Under the pieces are notes generated by a model. The model worked only from the letters and a program-made list of their open reading frames with translations. It had not been told where the DNA came from and searched no databases. A stretch of DNA of 64,000 nt. It comes from Octopus sinensis (taxonomy: Eukaryota). The DNA lies in the NCBI RefSeq assembly GCF_006345805.1, contig NC_043000.1, positions 85,498,001 through 85,562,000 of the forward strand, read 5' to 3'. Within the stretch, counting starts at the first letter, position 1. Every line of letters starts with the position of its first letter. The position numbers were made by a program, and so were the translations under genes. This document shows, piece by piece, positions 38,182-52,900 of the stretch.

Positions 38182-39900
38182 AATATATATGTACATGTGT
38201 GTATATGTCTGTGTATCTGTGTTTGGCCCCACCAACATCGCTTGACAACTGATACTGGTGTGTTTATGTCCCTGTAACTTAGCAATTCGGCAAAAGAGAC
38301 TGATAGAATAAGTACTAGGCTTACAAAGAATAAGTCCTAGGGTTGATTTGCTGGGCTAAAGGCGGTGCTCCAGTATGGCCACAGTCAAATGACTGAAACA
38401 AGTAAAAGAGTAAAGAGAGTAAAGAGTTAACATGGGCTAGACCGTTTGACATGATCTGACAAGTCTGAGGACTGCATCATATTCCAAATTCTTCTAATAT
38501 AACAGCACTGGGTTGGTGGAGTTGACGTAGTGTTAGAAGATAAATAGATAGTAGATTAATTCAGAACACGTGACAGAATTATTAAATCTAGCCACGCCAT
38601 AAGCAACACAACAGCAGCAGATCCTGCAGGTGCACACCGCAATCACAACTGACAGATAAGCAAAAAAAAAAAACTGTTTCTGGGAGTCCTCTTACAGACT
38701 ACCTTGATAACAATAACTTTGTTAGTTAAAGCTATTCATTAAAAAGACATCAACCATGATAATTGCGACACTATAGTAGCTTCTCTGATGCACATAGGGG
38801 CTTTGAATATAGGACAAGGATTAATGAGGGACCAAGGCTCTTAGAATTCTACAACATAAATGACACAAACATTAATTTCTGGATTGAGGTCAGCTACTTG
38901 ACCACTAATCACTTAGGCTAATATACAAGCCTGATAGACTTCATATGCACTAGGAAACAGGAGAGATCTGGTTGTAAATACTAAATCTTTCCTTGGTGAA
39001 GAATGTACCAGTCAACTGAGACTTGTCATAAGTGATATCAGAGCCAGAAACACATGATTATTATACAGTGAAGAAAAGTACGGAAGCTGAAAGATTTTTT
39101 TGGTAATGTGTAGATTCAAGTGGTGTCTATCTTGACAAAGAAAACAGACTTATAATTGAAAACTAGTAATTTTTATGAGACAGCTTGCTGTGATCCAAGA
39201 ACCAGATGTGTGGATGGAGCAAGGTTCTAGCACAGCAAAAGGAGATATAATGATACCATGGATAGAGACAGAAGAACAATGAGGCAGGCCTAGGAAGAAA
39301 AGAAAATCAAGAAGTAAGGAATAACATCAAGTGGCTAAAAGAGAAACTAGACATTTGAAGTAGTTAACAAGAAGCTTAAAACAAAAATGTTTGACAATGT
39401 TCTAAAATAAGAAAAGTATAAGTGTAAAGTGTTCCAGATTGCAAAAGACAGTAGTTGCAGGGAGGGGGTCATACCTAATGACTGGCATAGTAGTATCATT
39501 GTCAGTTGCTGCAAGGGCAAAGGAACAGCTCTACAAAGAACTACAAAGGATCAAAGTGATAGACTAAGTTAAGAAAATGCTAAAGATTATTAGGAAAAGA
39601 ATTAGTTTAGATGAGATACAATTCAACTTTGCCAGTGTGGACTCTTCAGTGTCCTTTTCTTAGTCTGACAACTACAAGAGTAGTTCTTAGGTAATAGCAA
39701 GCTACTTTATCTAGTATTTAATAATCTGGTGAAAGCTTTGGAATGTTACACATTTTATAATCAGGTGGTTGTGAAGAAAAATGGCAGTAAATATATGCTC
39801 TGGGAGAGCTGTGAAAATGATGTACAGAGGTGCTGTTAGTAAGATGATAGCTAGTAAAGAATTTAGCATGCTGATATCTGTCTATTAGGGTTTGGTTGTC
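37100..39900 (+). mobile_element. Highly decayed RLE-type (R4/NeSL-like) non-LTR retrotransposon, interrupted by a SINE
   Basis: RNLAVVLLDYQRVFERISH (cf. NL...WIDY.KAFDSVPH) and LFVLLLNPLSYL (cf. LF.L.LNPLS.L); no open frame left. Confidence 0.45.
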
Positions 39901-40436
39901 AGTCTAGTCATCATCATTGTCACCATCATGTTTATGTTCACTTTTCCTGTGCTGATATGAGTTGTATGATACTTATTAAGGCAGTATTCTACAACCAGAT
40001 GCCCTTATTATTGCCAACTCTTACTTGCTTTTCATCTATAATAATAAATGCCAAAATGAATTTCTGCGTGTCAGTGTGTCACACTTTGAACCCCTCCCTC
40101 ACTATTCAATGATACTTCTACTATTCCTCCAGTTGGATGAGAGTAATAGTAGGCATAGAGAAAGTGAGGGCAGTAGTAGATTGATGTTTGTGATGGTAAT
40201 GGGGTGATAGTAATAGTATGAGCTGTAGTTGTGATAGAGGCAGAGGTGACTGATGATGGTGGTGGTGGTAGCCAAGGCAGTTAGGGATGACAGTGATAGT
40301 AAGCAATGTGACAGACAGTGGTGATGGTGGTGAAGTTAAAGGTATTGATGGTGGAGGCATCAGAAGTCTGAATGGTGTCTGTATGGCAGTTGTGGTGGTA
40401 ATGGTTGTGGCACTGGTGATAGTGATGGTTGAAAAC

Positions 40437-40473
<37 letters not shown>

Positions 40474-40984
40474 TAGATAGAAAAAAAAATTGTACTGACC
40501 CTCGCCCAAATGGGAAGACAAAAAATATTGTTTGTCATGCAGCTTTGCAATAAGTTCCAAGTCAACAAATTATATCATTGTTTTGATGAAAATTGTTCAT
40601 TGCTTGAAAAATGATGGTCAAGTTTAATAAAATTTAATATGTAGCTTCAAAGCTGCCAGATAGGGTGGATTTTAAGCTAGTAAAAAATATATTCTTTGTT
40701 CTATTGGTTTTCATATTTCACAACCACCAAGATGCAGGACACATTGTTTACAGAAAATATAAACAATAATATCACTGTCACCCATCGGTGTCAAGGCAAA
40801 GACATGCAGAAATAAACACACAATAAGTTCTATACAGTTTCTACCAATTAATTTTATTTACAAGTCATTACTCAGTCCAAAGCTATAGTAGAAGACAATC
40901 ACTGAAGATGCCATGCAATGAGATGGAGCCCAAACTACTTGTTATGAAGCAGCTATAGTTTACACTAGGTATACAATATGGAAA

Positions 40985-41218
40985 GGCAGCGAGCTGGCAG
41001 AAACGTTAGCACGCCGGGTGAAATGCTTAGCAGTATTTCGTCCGCCGTTACATTCTGAGTTCAAATTCCGCCGAGGTCGACTTTGCCTTTCATCCTTTCG
41101 GGGTCGATTAAATAAGTACCAGTTACACACTGGGGTCAATATAATAGACTTAATCTGTTTATCTGTCCTTGTTTGTCCTCTCTGTGTTTGGCCCCTTGTG
41201 GGTAGTAAAGAAATAGGT
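40985..41218 (+). mobile_element. Second tRNA-derived SINE family, CpG-rich copy; others at ~1970-2180, ~6815-7010, ~59820-60030 (+) and ~16620-16815 (-)
   Basis: GGCAGCGAGCTGGCAGAA head, GAGTTCAAATTCC B-box-like motif, shared GTCGACTTTGCCTTTCATCC core. Confidence 0.75.
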
Positions 41219-41759
41219 ATACATTATAAAATTCCTACCAATATCTTCCTTGTATTTTGAGCATAATCATTTTTCTGATGATAGGAAAGTTCAGTTTTCT
41301 TTTCTACCAACTAACAACTTGTCTTTGCTCAGTTTACTTTTAGACCCTTTGATTCTAGACTCTTCTTTCATTTTTGGAACTTTTCATCCTTGACAAATTC
41401 ATTTCTTGGAACTAAACTGTTTAAATACAGAAGTTCACCCAGCCAGCCAGTCTTAAACTGATAAATATAAATTATAGATACACGAGAGATGCAATGGAAT
41501 CATAGACAGGTTGGCACAAAAGACTTTGTAAGTGACAGATGCTTACATGTAGCTAGCAGTAAGAGCACCAAAGAAATGGACTCTTTCAAATGTTTGGAAG
41601 GCTCTCTAGAAGTAGTTAATAGCTTCTGTTATCTAAGTGACCTAATTAATGTTGGAGAAGGGTGCTATGAAAGTATAGTGGCCAGAATAAAAGCAGGGTT
41701 GTAGAAGCTTTACATTAATGTACTAGCATCAAGCAGACAAAAAGATCTATCACAACCCC

Positions 41760-42200
41760 CAATCCTTTGCTACATACTAACAGAAAAAGATGCCTGAAAA
41801 TTATCTGGTCCAACATCGCCTTCCTTCTCATCCAATCAAATTAAACATTTCTTAGGTTTAATTAGTATACTTTCAAATTACCCCGTTACAAGAAAGTGTT
41901 TAATGAAAATAATTTGGAAGCAAGTTCAGTTGTACAACAAGCATGAAAAATATAAAGAAATCCAGCCAAATGAGCAGCAGGGGTAAATTTCTCATGCAAA
42001 AACAGATCCATGCTTTCTTATGAAGTCAAGCAACACCAGGACAATTATCTACAAAACCTAAACAAGAGAATGGTAGAAAGTAAGTCCAAATACTGCTCTT
42101 TTAACCACACCTCTTCTTCCAGAAACATGAAAACAAATAATGTAAACAAACTATCCACCTATATTTGGAACTTGCAGTCAGATAGTTCAATACAATTATA
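41760..42200 (+). mobile_element. Penelope-like element remnant (RT linker and GIY-YIG region)
   Basis: KIIWSN.., KVFNENN..SSVVQ and KYCSFNH...NKLSTYIWNL resemble PLE IWFNPP..FN.N.K.SYSC and LSKYIW.LK motifs. Confidence 0.65.
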
Positions 42201-44881
42201 AGCACTGAAGGAATTAATGAAATAATTGGTCACATATTCTTTTTTTTAAGTTGCTCTGAAGAAGAAATACCAAACTGTAAAACAAGAAAGACAAGGGTAA
42301 CAAATGTTGCACTTTAGCAGATGCTGGAAAAATGTGGTCAGAAAGGTAGTTTCAGACAGATCGCAGTTCTAAAAGAAGATATGGGCAGTGGTTTAGTATA
42401 TGTATTTAGTGAGGTCTGATACATTAGAGTGTAACTAAAGAGTGATTGTATGAAAAAGCTTTTAGGTGGGTGTCTTGTCAGATTAATAAAAGAAGCAGAG
42501 AGAAAAGATAGCTCAAAAGTTTCTATACACCATACATTACCCTACAAAAAGTTTACTAAATTCTGAGTTATTTCTGTAAAAACACAAGTTTAAAAAATGC
42601 TGATTAACACCTTGCAGAAATTATTAAATGAAATGAGTATGCTTAGAGAAATTAATTCATAGAAGATAGCCCCTTAGCAAGCAACAAATATACTCTGAAA
42701 AATCATGAAGAGATTGTGCAGAGATTATGAAAATATTCAATAACTATTAGATTTTTTATAAAAATAATATTTCTGGATAACACTTCCAAGAGGATTCACT
42801 AAATTGTTTGCGATATGAAACCACTTCTGTTGAATGACGTGATTCTATTAATTTAAAAGCAAAAAAGTGTTAGAACAGTACTAGTAGATATGAAATTATT
42901 TCTTTCATTTTATATTTTTACACACACACACTTCAGTATTTAGAAAAAGAAAATTGAAATTACATTGGTCGAGCAATTCATATGCATATTGGTAAAAATA
43001 ACAATGTCATAGTAAGTTTTGTATTTTTGCAATATAAAGAAAAGATATAGAATACATATCAATCTAACAATGAAAACTAAAGGAATATTAACACTGGAAT
43101 ATTATTGTAAACTGAAAAAAATACTATTTGACTGGATTATTAAAACTATGTATTATAAATTGACTTTTATAATATGTTCAGAGGTACCAACACCATCTCT
43201 CTCTCTCTCTAAATGCTTCTCTGTTTTTCTAACTCTTCACCCATCTTCCTTCTCCTACTGGGGTAGCCAAGTATCTCCTCTATAGTAAAACTGTCTCTGT
43301 CTCTTCATTATACTCCAACCTCTCACCTGGCACACAACTACTTCCCTCAGTTTCACTCACTCTCTCAACTAAGAGGTCTTCATCTTGAAAGCTACTTGGT
43401 GACCCCACTTGTGCCGATGTCACATAAAAAGCACCTGTGCTGGTGCCACATAAAGAGCACCCAGTGCACTCTGTAAAGTGGCTGGCATTAAGAAGGGCAT
43501 CCAGCTGTAGAAACTGGAGCATGTAGCCTGCCAGATCCTGTCAGACCATCCAACCCATGTTAATATGGAAAACAGATGTTAAATAATAATGATGAAGATG
43601 ATGAAGTATAAGCTAAATAGACAATAGTTATGGCAGATTAAAAGCAACTAAACTCTGACAGAAGAATATGTGGAAGATGTTGACAGCTCTGGAAGTGGTG
43701 AGAAGGAAGAAGAAAGATAGCTAGCTTGAGGTAACCAAAACGGGAGCGTCACTGGCTGTGAAACAAGCAAAAGGAGTTAAGCTGAAAGCCAGGAGTAACT
43801 GGGCAGTGATTGACCATTACTACTGGCATCCCAACTAAAGAATTTAGGATCAAAACACTCAAGACAATACTTGATGACTTCTTTTGGTTAAAAGCTACTG
43901 TTGTTAGTACATGACTGAATCTGCTAACAACTCTAATAGATGTATCTAATAGTGTTCCTCACTGAAACCAATAAATATTAAGCAGGCAGAAGAGAATGAA
44001 GATCATTATCATTCTAATTAAAGATTAAAAAGTTTGGCATTCAATACATACAAAATGAAAGTAGTTTTCATCAAAATACATGTTTATTGATTCATATCTC
44101 TGACTTGGTCGTGGATAATTGTAAGATGATGGAAGATAACCATAGTGCTATAAAAAAGAAATAGCATATGAAAATATTTGGCTAAATTTTCTTTCTTGAT
44201 AGCACTAGTATAGAGGGATGACGTATAAAATAGAAAACAATATTCTTCAGCCGATAAAAGAAAAAGTACAATTTGGTTTTAACCAGGTTTCTGTCTCAAA
44301 ATAATAATAAATTTTCTGCTTAAAAAAAAAAGAAAACAACTATGGTTAGCTCTTTTAGCCTACAATTATTGTTTGGAAACAAAATGATAAATCAACAAAG
44401 TTAAAACTAATTGAAGTAATGTTAATAAATTGAAAATAATTTGATCTGGAAGTGGGTTTTCTTTTTACCATTAGAAATCATGCGATGGAAAAAAAAGAAT
44501 AAGACAGAATTATATTATTGATATCATCAGACAATCCAGTACCAACTTCATGAAATGCAAGGAAAATAGTAAAGCATTTTAATTAAGGCTGCATGATAAT
44601 TATGTTGAGTATAAAGATTATAATGGATATGAGTAATCATAATAGTTACAAGGAAAGATGCACAAAGGACACATTTATTACAGAAGGCGTTCTAGTAGCT
44701 ATCAAGCTAATTGGTTCTTTTGAGCTTTCAATCACCCTATTGTATATAATTAGCATTACCAGGAAAGCCAACACTCACAGGTACAATGTGACTTAGAGTA
44801 GGATAAAAATAATGCATAAGATATATCAATAATGCTTGGCATGTTTGCAGCAATATCCAATAATGTTCCAGTTTGTGAGGG

Positions 44882-45110
44882 TACATGGCCTAGTGGTTAG
44901 GATGCTGAACTCATGATCGCAAGATTGAGGTTTCAATTCCTGGAGCAGAAGACTTCATCTCATGTTGCTCTGTGTCACTTCAACACCTAATGTATGGTAC
45001 ACTGCGCACCTATTCAGTCAACATCGATTTGATGGAAAGAATGAGCTAATGTACAACATATACATTTGATCCATTTAAACAAATCATTTGTGGTGGTCGT
45101 TCTGCAAAAA
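44882..45110 (+). mobile_element. tRNA-like-headed SINE, third family (not a tRNA gene)
   Basis: TGGCCTAGTGGTTAGG A-box and GGTTTCAATTCC B-box, running into non-tRNA sequence; no acceptor stem closes. Confidence 0.55.
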
Positions 45111-48100
45111 CTGAATACTCATATGTCATATTCAACAGGAGATTCCATCATAGCTCCAGTTAAGTAAATGAGATGTTTCTTCTATTATAGCAAAGCAAAA
45201 AATATCAGTAGCTAAGATTTGATACATTTATTTTCATGGTCGTCATATATTCTAAATGTTCCAGCTCTTAGAGATATTCAATTGAAATTGATGAATACAT
45301 ATATATATATATGTATTCCTAGTTATGAGTAAATAACTAAAGTGCATAAATACATACAATCACATACAATTTATACTGCTTGAACAAAATTGTAAAATAT
45401 TTATATCATAAATTGTACACATAAACAAGCATTAATTACAAAACATGTATTGTCCTCATAGCATTGAATACCAAACCTATTATCATTATTATTATTTACA
45501 TAGCAGCTCAACTCAGCTCGATGTGGCTGAGGTCATCCCAGGTTAGCAGTCCCAGTGGTATCATCATGTGTAGAACTGACCAGATCCACCAGTGCTCTCT
45601 ATCGCTGGCCGTCCTGTGCCAACTCCTTTACATCCATCAAGATGGAGTTGAGTCTCCAGAGATATTCCTTAATCATGACCAGTCATCTGATGTTCTTGAT
45701 GGCCCTCACAGCTCTGCTATTGAAAACTGTCGATCCTCTATATTGGCCCTGAAGTCATAGAGTTTATCAGCTCCTGCAACTATCTGGACTCCACAGTCAA
45801 CAGCAATGGAGACTTGACTCCAGAGATCAACTGCATACATGGTTTGACCGCCAAGGTTGTGCACACCCTATGGAAGCTGCTTTGGTGCCACTGCCCTATC
45901 TCCTAGAAGTCAAAGCTCCATATCTACAAAGTGTTGACCCTCTCTCTTCTCCTCTATGGAGCAGCAAGGTGGCTCCTCACAAAGACCCTGGCAAGGTGGA
46001 TTATTTACATATATATATGTACACTCAAATACGCACACACACACACACACACACAAACAGGCAAATCCAAGAACAAAACAAAACCCCAGAAAACAACAAA
46101 AGTCAATTGGACGTACACTAAATATATTAGATTGATAACCAGTGAAAGTTTAGATGGAAAAATAGGAGTAGAAATGACATTTCGAGCATGGCTCTTCATC
46201 ATACAGAGGAAAGGGAGGAAGGAGCAAATAGTTCAAAGAAAAGCATGTGTGTTGTTATATGGCCAAAAAATAACTGACCTGAAGTTGGAGAGAGACAGCA
46301 AATGTGATTTTTAAAAGCAGGAGAATATAAAAATGGGCAGTGTGTGTGCAAGATAAGTGGAGAGAGAAAAAGAGGGGAAAAGCACAGGAAAGGAGAATGA
46401 GATTGGGGAGAGAGATGGAATTTAGAAGCTGTTTGAAGGAGGAGGGAGCGTATTAAGTCAAAACAGCTTACGAGTTTGTAAAGAGAAGATATAATGTTGC
46501 TCCTTGCTAAGTCAGGTAGTGATGAATCCATGGTGTGAGGCCAGGCCAAATATTGTGAGGTATTGGGTGGAGTGGTTGGTCAAGCAGAAGTGGCAAACAG
46601 GAGTATTTTTCTGGAGGCAGATATCTCATAGATATCAGTAATCTGTTGGCTAGATGGTGGCCAGACTGTCCAACATGCAAAGACCCGCAAAGGGTAATTT
46701 GAGGCAGTAAATGATGTTAGATGAGATACAGGAGGAGCCACAGAAGTGAACAGTGTGTTGGTTGGTTCTAGTGACAGAGGTGATGTTGGTGATGGACAGG
46801 TGTGGTACTGTGGTCAAGAGCAAGGGAAGGATCCAGCATGGGTGAGAATGGAGGGAGAGGTAGGAGCTATGGACCAGTAGGTCACATAGGTGCTGAGTAC
46901 ATTTGAAGGAGGAGAGAGGTGGGTTGGGGAAAACAGGGAGGGTGGTAAGATCAGAAAGGGGAAGTTAGAAGGCCCATAGAAGTTTCTGGTGAAGGGGTAG
47001 AGTAGAGGGGTGGAAAATAGAAGAAAGGGGACATGATTGGGAGATGGGTGTGAGTGAGAACAGAGGTATGATCAATTTGGCAGGCATGAGTAAGGGCAGC
47101 ATGGACAGGGGTGGAGAGGTATCCACGAGGAGTTGACAGACAAGCCAAGTAAAAAATACTCCAAATGCAGATGCAAAACTTAGGATCAAGAAGCCACAAA
47201 GTAAACCTAGCAAGGATAAAAGTTCCACTTAGCAGGCAAGACCACAGAATTCAACTACCATTAAGAGGCGGCTCATACTCAATATGCAGAAATAGGTAGG
47301 AACTCTGGCATGAAATAAATTAATTTAAATATTCAGAAAGCTCTCAAGAGGTAGCTGATAACTTCTGTTATCTTAGTAAATTAATTACCAGTGATTATTA
47401 TCTCTGCAAGTAACATAGGGGTTCTCTCCCCCAAGTGAAGGGCAAATTATATAATTGCATTCAAAGAGCCAGTACTGCCTGGTAGCAAAAAATGGTACTA
47501 AATGTGAAGGATGTGCAGAGGTTAGAAAGAAATAAGGTGAGTATAGTTTGCAGAATGTGTTAATTTTAGTGAGAACAAACAACAGAATACAAACAAGCTG
47601 AGACTGGGTATAAGCAGAATCTGATGTAATACACAAGAAAAAAGATTGCATTGGTGTAGCCATGTGATGTATAATGAGCGTGACAGAGCCAAGTAATCAC
47701 AAAACAGAAGGAACTCATTGAAGAGGGAGGGAAATTAGATAAGGATATGGATATCTCGGTAAAGGCTTAAATCAGGATGCTGGACTTCATAAATGCAACA
47801 AGAAATTGTAATGAGTAGCACAATGCTATGCTGCAGAAAACCTATCAGTCTTTACAAGCACAGAAAAATAAATAACAATGATTATGATAATGACAATAAT
47901 TACTATGAAATACACACAGATCTCAACTTGGAATTCAACCAGCATAACAAAATCAAAACTGCTAGGATCTTGATACAACTCTACAGACTCACATAAACTT
48001 ATACACTCAACCATCTGTATGTTAACCAGAATATATTTGTAAATATTTCAACAGTAAAAACAATAATGAACTCTACAATGATTCTTCTATTATTTATGAC

Positions 48101-48544
48101 TGAGTAGATGAATGAAAAACAAGATACATCTCCAACGCAAAAGGCTCAATCACAAATCTGCCACTCTCTGACAGGCTTGTGGTCAAGCCTGTAGCAGTGT
48201 ACACCTCTGGTGTTCTTGACCCCTGGATTTGGTAAATTTTGATACTTTCACCCACACAATTTTCACTAAGAAAAAAAAAAAAACAACTCAGAGTTTTTGT
48301 GTCAAATCAAGTACCCTGCAAACCCCTTATTTTTCGTTCAGAAAAGCCCCACTCCACCCCCACCCAGTCATTGGAATTTTTTTTTTCTTTTTCATTGAAT
48401 GGATTATGGTGACCTCTTAATATGCCATAAAACCCATTTTTTGGTCCAGAAAACAGGATGGGGTGGAACCCTCGGAAATTTCACCCCCTCCCATTTTCAA
48501 ATATTTTTTTGCTTTTTCTTTCTTTACCCATATTTTTAGATAAC

Positions 48545-48929
48545 ACTAGCAGTATCGCCCGGCGTTGCTCGGGTTTGTAAGGGAAATAACTATATAAGCA
48601 TTTTTAGAGAGTTATAGCCAAAAAATAGAAAAAAAATGCTTAAAAAATGGAAAAAAAATTAAGGTAAATTTTTTTTTTAAATCGTTAACACATCGTAGAT
48701 ATTTTTAGAGAGTTTAGCGAAAAAAATGCTTTAAAATGGAAAAATATGATGGTAAATTTTTTTAAATCGTAGACTCATCGTAGACGCACGCTAATACCCA
48801 GAAGGGCTCGATATGAATCACGACTATAAGATACCCGGTTTTGGTTACACTGCACCGCAAAATGTGGGAGTAGTTAGGAATCTAAATCGTAGGAGACAGA
48901 CACACAACTTCACTTTTATATATAAAGAT
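48545..48929 (+). mobile_element. Non-autonomous Helentron-like element (HINE/DINE-1 type)
   Basis: 5' ACTAGC followed by hairpin CCCGGCGTTGCTCGGG; 3' end TTTTATATATAAAGAT. Confidence 0.7.
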
Positions 48930-49074
48930 ATAAGCCACGTAGTTATATACACATACTTTGTTATATACACATTCTTAAAAGAAAATGTTATTTTGAACAC
49001 AACATTTATAAAGAATAAAATATTTTTTGGTTTTTCTTTTAAACGGATGCATACATTTATTAATAACTATATAT

Positions 49075-49935
49075 AAGTGTCGTCTGTTTATACATAAACA
49101 CTGTTTCATACTGCAAGCTCGGCTCGCCAATTAATACTACCAAAATTTAACAACAGAAAGTAAAATAAAAACCAATTTACCTTTTCTGTATTGTTATAGC
49201 AATTCGACCGTCCATGTGTCTTTGCAAATGTGTTGGAATGAGAAGTGAGTTGTGTTTTGGCGCCTTTTTTACTAATAACAAACACACACGTGTTTGTATG
49301 TAGTTGTTTGAAACGTTTGTGTTTGTCACTGTCATATATGTATGTGTATGCGTGTGTGTGAGGAATGACACACACACACACTCACGCACGCACACATGTA
49401 CATCAATGCTTTCGGAGTGAAATGTTAAAATATTGAGTTTTCTCGAATTTTGTCTTAATTGGGGGTAAAATTGAAAGAAATTTTGTATGGCATGACCCAA
49501 TGGAAGTACTTTGAAAAATCATGGGTAAACTCTAATTGAAGAAATTGTGTGAGGAGTAAATCATTATGTATTTATTTGTTTCTGTTTGATGTGTTTTTTT
49601 TTTTTAGTAGTGGTTTCACTTTAATCGTTGCAAACTTGCAAAGAGAAAGTCGTAGAAATTAGAGTGATAGCGTGAGTGAATCAGATCGTTCCCTTTTTGT
49701 GTGTGCGTGTGCTATAGCCCACACTAAGAAAAGCACTTGACTTACACACCACAATGTGAGTTTTCTCTAAATTTTGCTTAATTGGGGCTGAAATTTTAAA
49801 AACTGGACCTGGCACGACCCGATGCATTCTACTCTTAAAAATGCTAGGTAAATTGTAATTGAAGAAATCCTATATTGTAGATTTCTATAAGAGACAAAGG
49901 GAGGCAGATAAAATCTGCCTTTTATAATAAGAGAT
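49075..49935 (+). mobile_element. Second Helentron-like segment (5' limit uncertain)
   Basis: 3' hairpin AGGCAGATAAAATCTGCCT (49902-49920) followed by TTTATAATAAGAGAT; internal diverged ~115-bp direct repeat (~49435 and ~49757). Confidence 0.5.
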
Positions 49936-52900
49936 TTGGCAGAAATACGTTCTTGAGAGAGTATGGATTACATTAGATTGAAAATTCAAAGAATTGAAAT
50001 GAATAATTGAAAATGCAGAGGTTATAGAAGTTAGTGGTTAGAGATAAAGAATGATAAATAATTCATCTAAAAAAGCAAGTTAGAGTCTGTGTATGAGTGT
50101 GAAACAAGTAAAATTATAATATTAAAACAAAATATTTTTTCATACCTCTTAAAATCACTGGATATAATATATATAATAATCCCAGATTGCAGAATAAATT
50201 TGGAAAGCTAAACACTTTCCCTTTGCAATTTTTGGCACTGAAATCGGGGTGCTAATGTGTTTCATTTTTGTGTGGGGAGGGGGAGAAAGAGAGAGTGGGT
50301 GACGAAGTTTACCCCACCCTTTTTTCCAAACAAAAATAAGGGGTTTGCAGGATACTTGATTCCACACAAAAAAATCCAAGTTTTTTTTTTTTTTTTTTTG
50401 CTTAATGAAAGTATCAAAATTTATCCTAGATTCTTGCTCACTGCAATCAGGGTGCAGAAGGCTATGTGCAAGTACGAGCCCCATGAGTCAGAATGGCTGT
50501 TTAAGTGTGTCTCCCTTGACATCGTCCAGGACAATGCCTTCTCCAATTCTGTCTGCTGGAACCATGAGGCCAACTGACAAGTTGTTTTAGTTAATATATA
50601 TATATATTATTCTGTTAGAAATTAAAAATTATGTATGGTACATAGAAGAGACATTGGAAACAAGATAGTGTTTATGTGCATGCAAATTAGTGTTGTTTTT
50701 CTTGTTTATGCACTTTCAACTTGCATCTTTGCCCCTACCACACTCACCTATTGCTCACCCACCCATTTTTGCTTGTCTCCTTATCATGCATAGGTGTCCA
50801 ACTCTGACTGCATAATCCACATCAATGAACCTCTTGTCCTTCATCAAGCCTATATATAAAGGATTGTGTCAGACTATCTTCAATGAACTCTACCTAACCA
50901 ATAAACTCTAACATCACTCTGTTGTACTTTGAGCTATCAAACGCATCCCAAATATCATGCTCTTGCTCCTTTCCATGCACCCATCCATTCTGGCCCTTCT
51001 AATACAATTGCTCTCCCTCCTATTTCCGTCTTTGGTCACCTGAACAAATGTACACATCATAGGTTATTTAGTGCTCTCTAAATTCATGCCTACACTCTTG
51101 ACCTCTCAGTCATCTATTTCTGGCCTTTCTGCTGTCATCACTTCTATCTCATTCTTTGGTCTACATACCTTAGGTTCCTAAATACCTCCTCTTGTACTGA
51201 TGCCACATTGGAACACTCCTGCTGTGCTACCTCTACAAGCGATTGCAGAACAAGGTTACCTCTCTGGTGCTGGTACCATGAAAAAATGCATTCAGTATAT
51301 ATTATAAAATGGTTGGCCAAAGATCAGAGACAGTGTTGGGTTGTGAAGTCCCTTTAAGGATTATTCACTCATTCTAGTGTTAGTACCATGAGAAAATGAA
51401 CCCAGCTGTAGAAACCAAGCAAAATGATAAATTTATGGGCTCCACTAAAGAATCAAACCAGACTGTGATGGCCCATACAACCTATACTAGCAAAGAAAGT
51501 GGACATAAAATGATTATGGTTCCTGTCATGAACATCCTGCCCTTTTCAAGACATCTCAAACAGTACTGTCCTATGTGCTCTTTCTAATTTTAAGGTAGTA
51601 GGGTGTGATCTGAGGGAGATTTGGTTGCTATTTCTAAAAAGTTAAATAAGCTTACAACTAGATAAAGTGAGCCTTTTGAGAGTTAACTATGAGTGACAAC
51701 AATGTGAAATCAAATGGGATTTTGTTTATCTCTAGTGTTGAATAGCAAAAAAATCATGAAGCTACATAAAGTTTGTCAAGAAATATCTTCACAAATCAGT
51801 GACTCGAGTGAATAACAATAACCAAGACTTGAATGCACTATTAATTTTACCTTTTACACATGTCAATTATATATTTTGACATTTACTTCGGCTTCATTTG
51901 AACCCTTGACTTTTCATTGCAACATCCATTATTTTGTATTTTAGAATGAAGGCTTATATAGTAAATAATGACAATGAAATGTTTTAAATTGAATTTTGCA
52001 ATATAATTTTGGAGATTTCCATACTGCTACAGCAATATTTCAAACAACGATTAAATGAACCACCCATACTGTTAGAGTAACAAAGTGAGCAGAGAATAAT
52101 CATATCAGCTGAGGTGTCTATTGATAAGCGCTGCGTCAAAAGAGACATGCAAAGCAACTGACCGTCAAATATACATCAGATGCGATCAGTTCTATAATTT
52201 ACTTGAATATTATCATTTAAAAAAATATCAACAGAATTGCACAAAAGCAAACCTATTCATAAAATGAAACGCTGATGAAAAGACATTTTGGCAATAATAC
52301 AAAACATAACACAAAACATTTTTTAAGGAAGGCTAGATTGAATATTACACATCAAGTAGAAACATCATTTGGAGATATCTGCTTGTTACAATATTGTTAT
52401 ATAAATTACCCAGCAGTAATGAAAAGATGCTTAGAAGTAGTTCCTGTTAGATCAAACAGAGGAATCAACAACCCCAAGTTAGTTAAGTGGAACCAAAATG
52501 CTGATAACAGAATTGGCAGGTCCTTTAAATAGAGATGCAAAATATTCATTCATGATAGAACAGTAAGAATTATCAGTGAAGTGGGTAGGTCATCTCCCGG
52601 TTAGCATGGTCATTAAAAAGAAAAAATTACATGCTATAAAAAGGTAAAAACAGAAGATAAAAACTTATAGACTAAATTGTGAAAACAGAGAAAGTAATAT
52701 TTAAATTTACAAAATATGAAGTTTGGATTTGTGTTTAGAATGTAAGATTGCTGTGAAAATACATTATCAGAAAATAAGTGAATGCAAGTGGTATTTGTTA
52801 ACTTGGCAGAATACCTTGGATAGCAATCTGATTGAGTAGGAGGAATATGAACTTAGTGATCATATACACACTACTAACCACATCGATACTCAAATTACAC

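Noticed and set aside
44882-44945. Possible tRNA gene
   Set aside because: A and B boxes are present but there is no acceptor stem or oligo-T terminator; it is a SINE head.
46200-47200. Purine-rich tract with several short minus-strand ORFs (similar at 6380-6760, 8045-8480 and 57180-57560)
   Set aside because: Probably very old LINE debris; I could not recover a diagnostic motif, so no call was made.
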